Origin: Balanoglossus misakiensis
Lineage: Eukaryota > Animalia > Hemichordata
Assembly: GCA_040954595.2 (NCBI GenBank)
Contig: CM082584.2
Span: forward strand, 9,950,090-10,014,089
Direction of reading: 5' to 3'
Length of the DNA stretch: 64,000 bases
How positions within the stretch are numbered: position 1 is the first letter of the stretch; each line of letters begins with the position of its first letter. The position numbers and the translations under genes are program-made. Positions 50,551 through 61,291 of this stretch are shown one piece after another. A model generated the notes under the pieces. It saw only the letters and a list, made by a program, of their open reading frames with translations. It was not told the origin of the DNA and did no database searches.

Positions 50551-51924
50551 AAAACGATTGGGTATTCCCGAATGCCCCAAGCAATGCCTTCGATTCAATC
50601 TGTTATTTTCGATACACACGGCGCATACAGGAAGACAACAAATCGCATGAGGGCCGCAGGACTGGAAAATACCAGTACATGTACTTGACAATAGCGACCG
50701 AGTGCCGGATAGCACGTGACCAGTTCAAAACAAGTGAGGGGCGGGAATAGCAGACAATGACGTAAAATGCCGTTGCAGCTTGTTTTGAACAGGTGCCGAT
50801 AATAATGCGATAACGTCAACTATTGTGCTATAAAAATATTGGGGTGGGGGAGGGGGTAAAGTGACTCGGAGGTAAATTGCTACTTATTTTATTAGACTAA
50901 GTGTCGACGATCAATCCCATTATATTCCACTTCGTCACTTACAATGCACTTAGGCAAAGGTCGTTTTCTTCACCGGCACAGACGAGTTACATATAACCGT
51001 GTGTCGAATTGCAATATCTGGGGAAAAATGAGCGAAATGTGATATTATTCTTTAACGCCCCTCCACTTATAAATATGCCATTAATCACGGAACCGGGTTA
51101 GTGTATCATCCAATCGTTTAAAGTCTGACCGGCAAGTTTAGTACGGGCGAAGTTACGCCCCTTTGCGTTGGTCTGTGACAATTACGGAACCTGACAAATT
51201 GTCGATGCGTGTCGGTTTTAAACTCAGGGTATCTGAGTAACACAACGTTGTACAAATTAAAATAAAAGACCAGGGGGTCAATACATGTATTGGGTAGATA
51301 TACATCTACGAAAAATGCGCATACCGACTGTTTGTACATTTGCGCACGTTTATAGGGAGAACTTGTCACTTGACCCAGATCTAATGGGATGGTGGTAGAC
51401 TTTATATGTGATTCAAACGGACTTCAGACAGAACAATCTCAGCACCAATAATCAAGTTTGTTGACCCAATGTCTTCTGTTCTCTGACAAATGTATTTGAG
51501 CCGGAGTTGACTGAACTCCCAAATTCTGTCTTTGGTCCGTCGAATGTCATAATTCAACGAAAAAGGCATCTAAGATGCACATTTGGAAACGGAAGATATT
51601 TCAAACTGTATTTAAATTCGGTTTTATTAGACTTATCACAAATTTACAATAACTCGAGTCTATACAAAAATCGAATCTAGCAGGAAAACCATTTACATTG
51701 CATTGCATGTCTTCAAATCGCGATATGAAAATATGCCGGACTAATATCGCATTCACCTTTGCGTACTAGCCCTCTGGTCAAGGTGACCGGATGAAACATT
51801 TGAATACAATTGAAAATACCAAATATCGACCTTAGCCCCATTTTAATACAAACACATCTTCGTGTCGTTCTCCTGGAAGATCTAGAACAAACTGCCCCAA
51901 AATAAGGCCAAGTGCGAGAAAACA

Positions 51925-51940
51925 AGGTCACCCCAGGTCA
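51925..51940 (+). promoter_or_regulatory. Perfect DR4 nuclear-receptor element (AGGTCA-cccc-AGGTCA) overlapping an SRE-like TCACCCCA core
   Basis: aggtcaccccaggtca, 180 bp upstream of the ATG at 52121. Confidence 0.55.
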
Positions 51941-52120
51941 ACCTGTCACTTTATCAAAACGATGAAGGACATGTTATCGAGCGAAACATGTTATTGGTGT
52001 CGCATTTTATTACCCGAAACCTGGTAAAATGGTACACACGCACACGAGTCGTTGACACTAACGTTGCGGACAGCGAGGACTTAGACTGGCGGAGAGAGGG
52101 AGAGAGAGAAAGAAGATCCG

Positions 52121-55100
52121 ATGATGAAGCTTTTCTGGGGGCTGACCGTCGCTTTACTTTTGTCCAACACATTAATTGTAAGCTCTGAACCAAAAGGTGA
52201 GTATTGAACACAAGGACGATTTTCTCTAAATTTACTTCAGTCAACAGAAGTATGTTTCTGTCGTTTTTGATAATGTTTGACCGTGGTCATCCCGGGACTG
52301 TCATCTGGTGTGTAGTTTGCAGTTGTGTGGACTTCATGTTTTAACTTGCGTCGAACTGTAATGACTTTAGCTTTTTGAACCTTTTGCCATGTTCAAATAT
52401 TAAGGCAGTTTTATGCAGTTTCTTTCAAATAGCTACTACCCATTAATTTGAGGCGTTCTTCCGCTAAAAGTGTATGTAATAAAACGGTGTCGCGGTTTGT
52501 GTCGGCGAAACTATGCTTCTGAGAATAAAGACGTATACCGCTAGAGTAAAACTATTAAATCTCCATTAACTGTAGCTTTTGGCTATTTCCCCCACAATTT
52601 TATTATCATGAGTCTCAACCGCAGCCTTCTTATGTTTCCCAAGGGAGTTTTCATTCATAACGAAGGGGTGGGCTAGATGAATAGAGAGAGGGTCACATTC
52701 AACGTGACTGACGGACTCCAATTTATTCCGGCTCACCCCGTCATAATAAATGAAACCTCCCTAAACCATCATGAAGCGCCAGGTCATCAGGACTTTCTGC
52801 CTATTAAATCAACCCCAGCCCTGTAATGGTCTACTTGTCCGTAAAAAGTAATCACAGATGAGGTCAACGCCTGCACTGCACGGGAGAGTTGGGCGCACTC
52901 AGCGGGAGACGAATTGGGTCTCCGCCGGTCCGTGTCCCAGAATTCGCCGAGGGGCAGTAATAGTCACACGCTCACCGAGCTCATACTCTGTTTATTGTTT
53001 TGGAGACAGCGAGTGAGACCGGGATAGGAATAACAAGTGCAGGGGTCCAACGGTCGTTATAAATCATCGTTTTGTGGATAGATAGTTCTCTCTGCAACAA
53101 GTCTGGACAATATCCTGTGCGTCACATATAGGCATCCTAAATTTGCTCTTCGCGACCTGCAAATCCTTCGGTCGTGCAGTGAATATATAAATTTGAAAAT
53201 ATATATCTCCGGTTGAACAATTTGTCATTTTGGCACGTAGTATAGTCTAAACTGACACAAACTTTGGAGAGTAATGACTTTAATAAAAAAAACTGTGTAA
53301 TGTTAGCAGTGGTCTTTTCGACCAACAGTTCCATTCTGGCGCGACCGTTTATTAGTGTCTACAAATTTACAAAGCAAAATATTACCAAGATCAAAGTACA
53401 TACAAGTGTTGTACAACCGTCTATCGCTGATACCGTGGCGAGTCTTACTCGTTGCTGTTACATTCGTGAAGTTCAGTGGTAGTCAAGGCGTTACACATTA
53501 CCTAGCAACTGTTGTTTGGGCAACAGCCGCCGAATAAAAGCAGAAATAAACATTTGCTTGTGGTCGGGGCCTTACAAAATTACCTAGCAACTGTTGTCGG
53601 GTAACGCCCATCGTGCGAAGACCTTAGCACAGAGGAATTTTTTTCATGCGCGTTTTAAGATCGCTGACGTCATTTCAGAGTGACCGACAGTAACCCGTGG
53701 ATGGTGACGTTTAAAGCAAATTTGACAGGTGTGACGTTCATAGCAAATTTGATTTGTGACATGGGCAACTTTTGATGAGTGTATTATATGTGTTCTCTTT
53801 ATTCGGAACGAGCAATAAACAAGTTTATCGATGGAATCGTCCATTTTATCCAGCACCGCGGGGCGGGGGGGGGGGGGGGGGGGGGCTCAGCAATACTGAA
53901 TACAGCGAACTCATTCGTCCGCGCCGGTAACCTGTAAGCTTCACCGGCAAGTTGCAACTCCGAACAAAACAGAATCTTTTTCTTGCCGGGAGGAAATCTC
54001 TAAATCTCTTCGATTGTTCGTCCTCTGCGGCTTACTGCCTGAAATAAAGGTGGCGTTGCTGGGGTTGAAAAATAGACTGCACAATAAACTGTAGGTATAC
54101 CCTTGAGCAGAAAGCGTGTGTGACACTGGGTCTAGAGGCTCACCCATACACCACGCGGCACAAAACACGTTTAATCCCTTCACCAAGGCTACCCGGACCA
54201 TAAAAATATCGCGTTTTTTTCCATTTACAACCGACAGATACGTCAGCGCGTTTTAAATATCTGCCATTGTTCATTCTCTGTGGTATCAACCAGGTCCAAA
54301 TTTAGTTTTTTGCACTTTCCGCAAAACGTCGCACACTGAATAACTCTACACTATTACCCCCCCCCCCTCCGCACGACGTGTGTGTCCGTCTGTCTGTCTG
54401 TGGTCATCCAAAAAATAGTCTGCTTGATTAGGATCAAGCCGATTATAAGCGCCATGAAGTGGGGAGCCAGGCCCTTCTCCGTGATCTAATAGTTTCAATG
54501 TCAAAGCTTTGTATACCGTTCTCTAATATGACATGGTGTTTCGGGAAAGACTGTGAAATGTTGCCAGTGCATAATCGTCCTTTCCTTTACGTTTGCTTCA
54601 GAATGCGGGGATGGTCAATTTTCGTGCGCTGGCGGAAGCCATCTGTGCATTCCGGAACCCTGGAGGTGTGACGGCGAACCCGACTGCCCCGGAGGAGCCG
54701 ACGAGAGGAACTGTGGTAAGTTGATTGCAGCGCCAACTAGAGTTGAAATTTCGAAATCGTAAAATTTAGCAACCACATATATACAAGTAAGGAGAGTGGA
54801 ATTAATTTGTTGGTGATTTTTTAATTATCGACTTCTGGTATGGCACATTTGGGTAAATTTGGTCTGAAGACAAGGAGCCTTGTTTGAGCGCTCACTAGCT
54901 CCAACGTAAGCATTAACTTAGATGGTGGTCACGCTACTCCATTGATTTTTGATAAGCGCACTTGAGTCATTCTATGGTATTCCGATGTGGTTGTCCATCA
55001 GATGAGTACATAATGGAATGTCCCGCCGACACCTTCAGATGTAGTGCGAGAAAGTGTATACCTGACCGTTGGGTCTGCGATGGTGCGCCGGATTGTGAAG

Positions 55101-56380
55101 ACGAATCGGACGAGAGAGAATGTGAGGGTAAGTACCCATCGCCACTGATCGATTGAAGATTGTTGTTGGTGTTGCTGTTATTGTTGAACATATTGTTGTT
55201 ACATAATTATTAACCATGGCCCTACAGTGACGTCAGCTGCCCACATCTCGATATGCATCCAACAGTGTATGATGGCGAACACACCCCACAGAAATGGTTT
55301 AAACCATTATTGTTCACACAAATGTGGCCATGTTAGCCTGCTAAGTGGGATCACTTGTCACCTAATTGTTGATCGTTCCTTTCTTTGTCAGACCGTTCAT
55401 GTTCACCTGGCCACTTCAGCTGCACGAACGATGGAAGACATTGCATTCCCAATTGGTGGCGCTGTGATGGTGATCGAGATTGTCGGAGCGGAGTGGACGA
55501 GGCAGACTGTAAGTACTTGACTGGGTTCACTGGATGTGTGGACTGTTCGTTTACAGTGTACCTGTGTTTTTTCTCTACATCAAAGTGGGTCTCTTAGTAT
55601 TACAAGGCGAGAGTACTGTACTCAGGTTACAAAATGATATACAGTCAGTGCCATAAAGCAGTGTGCTCAGTGTCCAAACAACAGACAACTGACAAGATGG
55701 CGGCGACCATCTGTGTCGGAGATCGAAAAAAAGATAGCAACTTGTTAGATAAATCTGTGATTTTTTTCTACGCACACAGGCACGACAACATGCGAACCGC
55801 ACCAGTTCACGTGTAAAAGTGGCACTTGCATATCGAAGACCTGGGTCTGCGATGGTTCGCCTGACTGCCAAGACGGTAGCGACGAAGAGGACTGTGAAGG
55901 TTCGACAAATGGTTCACTAAGATTTAATAGTGTGATTTTCAACTGACTTGGCATGAGAACGTGTAATTAATAGTTATGAACAATACAGACGTTGGGGGCA
56001 ACAATGTCTAACATGAATATTTTGGGCGATTCCATTTGCCTTGTACTATTTTACTGTTGTGTCTCTATCGCAGAACCCACGTGCTCAGAGCAACAATTCC
56101 AGTGTGTATCTACCAAACGATGCATTCCGAAGAGATGGACATGTGATGGCGACGACGACTGCTCTGACAAGTCTGATGAGGAGGAATGCGATGATGATGT
56201 CGCCGAGGACAGCTGTACTGAAGGCGAATTCACCTGCGCTAATGGAATGTGTATACATATATCATGGAAGTGTGATGGTGAAGCGGACTGTGAAGATGGC
56301 TCAGATGAATTAGGATGTGACCAAGGTTTGTTATTATGATGATGATGATGGTGGTGGTGGTGGTGGTGGTGATGATGATA

Positions 56381-56439
<59 letters not shown>

Positions 56440-58958
56440 ATTGTATCACTACCTTTGCCTTGGAGAGGTTTTTGTAAAATATGCAAATATCCATCTTGTT
56501 TCTTAGATTCTTGCACTGAGAACGAATTCGAGTGTGAGGTCGGTATGTGCATCAACAAAGGTCAGTACTGTGATGGAAATGTGGATTGTTCAGACGGCAG
56601 CGATGAAGGAGTCCATTGCCGCGACGATTCGGAGAAATTCTGCAACTCTGGAAGCGAATTCCGGTGCGATAACAATGCATGCATTGATCACAGTGACACG
56701 TGCAACGGAGTGAACGACTGCGGTGATTGGTCAGACGAACCAAGCTTTGATGTCTGCAGTAAGTTTGCATTTTTATTCACAATAGAACCGATGCGGGTCC
56801 AGCCGTCCAAATATACGTTTCCGCCCACAAACTCATGTACACGTAGATACATAGTAACAAACCAAAGACCAGCATACACACATATGTACCATCTACATGT
56901 ATGTGTGCATGCATATACTTATACATCTGTTGCTATTTCATACAACTTAGCCTCACTATTTCTTTGTTTATTCACAGCGCACAATGAATGCAATGAAGAC
57001 AACGGCGGTTGCTCACATGACTGCATTGATTTACCCATTGGCTTTCGCTGCGCATGCCCAGCTGGTTACAAATTAGGACACGACAGTAAATCGTGTGAAG
57101 GTAAGAATCAGTCAAATCGGCCACTTATTTACGGTTTTCTCGAATTACTTGCCCACAGAAACCAAGACCATGACGCATATGTAATGACATTCTCTGTCTG
57201 TCTGTCTGTCTGTCTGTCTGTCCAATTTACCCCCCCCCCCCCTTTCCAGACATTAACGAATGCTTCACAACACCGGGCATTTGCAACAACTATTTCTGCA
57301 CCAATGCGAAGGGAAGCTATCTATGCCAGTGCCCGACCGGCTACAATGCCAGTGAAGATGGCGAATGCCGATTGCCGGGCCCAGAGCCGAGCCTCGTCTT
57401 CTCAGACGGACGGCAGATCAATCGATTGTCGATACGAAGTGGCCTCCAGGAAACATTGGTTGGTAATTTATCTCAGGCCATATCTGTGGATGTAGACGTG
57501 CGCAAGGGACTACTTTTCTGGTCTGATGTGATTGATGAGAAAATATACAGGTAACTTTATTTCCTCTGGTGCCAATATGCACCCTATCACCTGTAAATTT
57601 AAGAGAGTGAGCCTAGATCAATTTTGGATTTCTTGGTTTTGCGCTCTGACGTGTTTTTCTCTGAAAATTTCAGCGCATCGATGGACAAGCCGCACATGAA
57701 GAACGTTCTTTTCAACGAAAGTTCGGATAATGTTGAAACAAGGAACGTAGACGGAATTGCCGTGGACTGGGTGACTGGAAATATCTACTGGACGGATGTG
57801 CGAAGTCGAAGCATCAACGTCGGGAACCCAAGCTTGCACCGGGCGAAGTGGCTTTTCCGTGAAAATATTGACGAACCCAGGGCCATTGTTGTGGACCCAC
57901 AGAATGGGTAGGAGGAGAGAGAGTTTTGAGTTTTCACGTAAACTTTAATGAGAGAGTGACACACAGAGAGAGATCTCATATTGAGCGGCAAATAGTCCTT
58001 GAATTTTACATTTGCAGGTGGTTTTATTGGACTGACTGGGGCGCCGAGCCAAAGATAGAAAAGGCGGGCATGGACGGGTCAAGTCGGAGAGCCTTGATCA
58101 CCTCTGGAATCCGTTGGCCGAATGGTCTCGCAATCGACTTCACATCACAGAGGCTGTACTGGGTCGACGCAAAACTGCACGCGCTGGGAACGTCGGATCT
58201 GGACGGCAACGACAGGTTTGGCGTAATACCTCGCGACAATGAAAACTTGCTTCATCCGTTTTCTGTCGCCGTGTTTGAGGTAAGCTGCAAGTTTACATAG
58301 GGCGTGGTGATAGTGCGATAGCCATTTAGGGATCAGTGTTTTAACTGTCGATTGCAATGTTATACTGTTTAGCACAAGTAACTGTTTGATCGAAGCTAAA
58401 TCATGATCATCAACGTTTCTCACTGTCACCTAACAACAACCATCGCATTGCTACACAGGACAGGGTATACTGGAGTACCTGGAGCCAGAGAACATCCATT
58501 CACTCCGCAGACAAGTACAGTGGTCTGGGGTATCGAGACTTGGCGACGGGCAGGTCAAGTAATGCCTATGGCTTGAGAGTCAACCACGAAGTTAACCAGC
58601 CGATGGGTAGGTACCCAACCAAATAAAATTATAAAAAGAGGTTCATTCGAATTGGCAATAGTTCACGATCTTCTTTATGTGTACAGATAAAAAGAGAGAG
58701 ACATATAAATGAAATTATGTGGCATAATGTAGGTTATTTTAGCTGTCTGCGAAACGAAGTTTTTCCTAATCTAGATCTCATGAAGACACGTGTCTGTTTC
58801 TCATCCTAGGCATCAACTCCTGTGCTGTACATAACGGTGGTTGTGATTATCTGTGTCTGTTGGCACCCGTATCGGAGGAAAGATCGTGCCGCCAACCAAC
58901 GTGCGCATGCCAAGACCATATGGCAATCGACGACGATGGGCGGACCTGTATATCCTAG
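52121..58958 (+). CDS. Secreted VLDLR-like protein B (signal peptide, 8 LA repeats, EGF-A/B, YWTD propeller, EGF-C, then stop), ~757 aa
   Basis: Thirteen phase-consistent GT-AG exons (total 2274 nt): 52121-52196 ([25 protein letters not shown]), 54602-54715, 55002-55127, 55392-55508, 55780-55899 (LA1-4), 56074-56325 (LA5-6), 56507-56758 (LA7-8), 56978-57100 (EGF-A), 57250-57550 (EGF-B, FWSD), 57674-57907, 58018-58279, 58459-58606 (propeller), 58810-58958 (EGF-C ...DDDGRTCIS*). Candidate AATAAA at 59540. Confidence 0.92.
56335..56440. repeat. Intronic (GAT)n/(GGT)n trinucleotide microsatellite
   Basis: Read directly; lies within the 181-nt intron 56326-56506. Confidence 0.95.
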
Positions 58959-58970
58959 TCGGGTTGCCGC

Positions 58971-59032
58971 ACCAATGACCGGAACTGACGTCAAGGATGT
59001 AACCAATGACCGGAACTGACGTCAAGGATATA
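58971..59032. repeat. 2 x 31-bp tandem repeat just after the stop codon of protein B
   Basis: accaatgaccggaactgacgtcaaggat(g/a)ta twice. Confidence 0.9.
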
Positions 59033-60597
59033 ACAGTTACGTCTTACGCTTTGTCGATGAACAATAATATGCCAACATATTAACTAATTAATGTTGCCTT
59101 TTTTTACCAAAGTATTCAGAATTTTGCTTTGTAATTCATTTGTAGAGATTTGTTTCGTATTAAAATCACGCTTTATAAATAACTGGCATTAAACCAGACA
59201 ATCGGCGATTGGCTTCTTCGACAAAGTATTATATTTTATCACGCGGTAAATCAAAAAGTATATCAGATAATCGAGAATATAAAAATAATTTCAAATTCCA
59301 TTACTTCTCTACGCTGTATAAGAAATCACGGGAAAACCAGATTAAGTACCTTACCGTGAGAATAATACAGGCGCCAGGTGGGATTTCGATTCGTTATAAT
59401 CAGGCATCAACATATATATAAGCTCCCTCAACGGCCATGTTCAGCATTTTTGGATTATATCTGGAAATACGTCTATGAACACCGCAGAATCGCACTAAAG
59501 TTCTTATCATTGAACGATGATTTAATGTACAATACTGGTAATAAAGCAATTTCGCTCAGTAATTTGTATAAATGGTCACCACAAATCATAATTACATGTA
59601 TTTATCATTAGGAAAAAACCACACATTATCCTGATTGAAGTAAAGCAGGGTGTATAATGATAGTAATTAACCTCAATTTCCGCCAGTTATGTTTGATATT
59701 TTATTCTTGTATCCGCAGTAACTGATCATGACAAATTGTAAATTTGATACTTGTTACATGTACCGTCATTGCCTTGATCAATAATGCGTTAATCATCATT
59801 GAGCGGTAAATTTTCTTTCAATATATAATCAACAGTAAATTGTACTAATTGCAATTGTTGCTGTTTATAATAAATTGTCGTTTTGTATGATTATATTCGA
59901 TCGATGTTGGACACATCTTAAATTTTACGCTTCTGTCAACTTAAAAAAAATATTTTTGCGCATATTTCACTCGTTATATGAATGGAGACGACGGGACGAA
60001 TTATAACACGACGATATGCATTTCAAAGGTCATGGTAGGACTGTGGTTTTCAGCTTAATGAACAAATGATGTTGTTCTTAGGGAACTTTCAGTAATTGCT
60101 GGAGGGGGGGGGGCGGTCGGTGGAATTTGGAGTAGGTCTGTCACGGTAAAGATGCCCTCCCCTTCTCCTTGTTTGAAAATGTGATTCCCATTTGTCTTGA
60201 AACGAATACCTGATACAGTATTATCCAATTTTCATAACAATGTAAGTAATTTTTTGCTAATGTTTTTAAGGTTATACCAGATTTTAATCAGTAGCACTTC
60301 ATTGCTCGTGGGAGAACTTTGAATGCGCCACCAGAACATAACAAGGAACTGTCCCCACCGACCCACCCCTTCGGCGAAGCTCCCTTATCAATAGACACTG
60401 CGTAACTTTGTGACGCCAGTGTTCATATCTGCGGTGATTGGAGGCACGTGATTGTTGCACAACGCCTACAGGAGTTCATGCATGCACGTAGAGGTTGAAT
60501 ACACCGCCCAAGCCACGTACTATTCCCTTCATCTCGAACCCAACTTCAGAAAATCTTTTCTAACAACGGCTAATACTGTGTTGATTTGTGAAGGACG

Positions 60598-60661
60598 ATG
60601 AGCGTGATATTCACTCTGATCAGTTTTTTAACATTATCAACGCAAATACACTGCGGATTAG
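60598..60661 (+). CDS. Probable first coding exon (signal peptide) of another secreted or membrane protein gene continuing beyond the window
   Basis: ATG...MSVIFTLISFLTLSTQIHCGL-G followed by the consensus donor G|GTAAGT in phase 1. This is the same architecture as the first exons at 31487 and 52121. CCAAT and E-box motifs lie 150 bp upstream. Confidence 0.55.
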
Positions 60662-60965
60662 GTAAGTATTGTTTTTCTATGTCAACTGCACAATATTTTT
60701 GTACGTACGTACCCGGTACGAACGTATGTATTTATGTACATGGATGTACGTACGTATGTATGTACAATAAATTCTTTCGAGAGATTATGTAGGTATTTTG
60801 AATAAATGACAAATTCACAAAGTCGAGCATTTGTTTGTTTTGTTTTTTGACAATTTTCACGACCTACAACTATAACGACTGATTTTTAACGCCCATGAAT
60901 CTTTTCTATGATAACGTACGAAGTCTTTCACCTGTTTGCTTTAGTCCAATATTGACATATAGGTA

Positions 60966-61290
60966 CCGCAAAATCGGAAAATGGTCATTTTTGGATGATT
61001 TTCATGAGCTATAACCTTTGATTTTTTTTTCAAAAATCGACAAAATTATGAGATTTCGAAAAGTCGAAAAATGGTCATTTTTTGATGATTTTCACCCATG
61101 GTTTTTTCAAAAATCGACGAAATTTGGAAATTCCGCAAAGTCGAAAAATTCTCATTTTTTGACGATTTTCCTGAGCTATAACCCATGGTTATTTCAAAAA
61201 TCGACGAAATTTGGAAAATTCGCCAAGTCGAAAAATTCTCATTTTTTGACGATTTTCCTGAGCTATAACCCATGGTTTTTTCAAAAATCG
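60966..61290 (-). repeat. ~3.7 diverged copies of the 87-bp satellite in inverted orientation
   Basis: ttttggatgattttcatgagctataacc... and ccgcaaagtcgaaaaattctcat are the reverse complement of the downstream unit. Confidence 0.92.
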
Positions 61291-61291
61291 A

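Noticed and set aside
53355-53537. Signal-peptide-like stretch ([18 protein letters not shown]) as the first exon of gene B
   Set aside because: No ATG and a weak donor; 52121-52196 is a much better first exon.
56317-57495. 392-aa ORF with poly-Asp, and a poly-His ORF on the minus strand
   Set aside because: These read through introns. The tracts are the intronic (GAT)n microsatellite, and the true frame of the upstream exon meets TGA in that intron.
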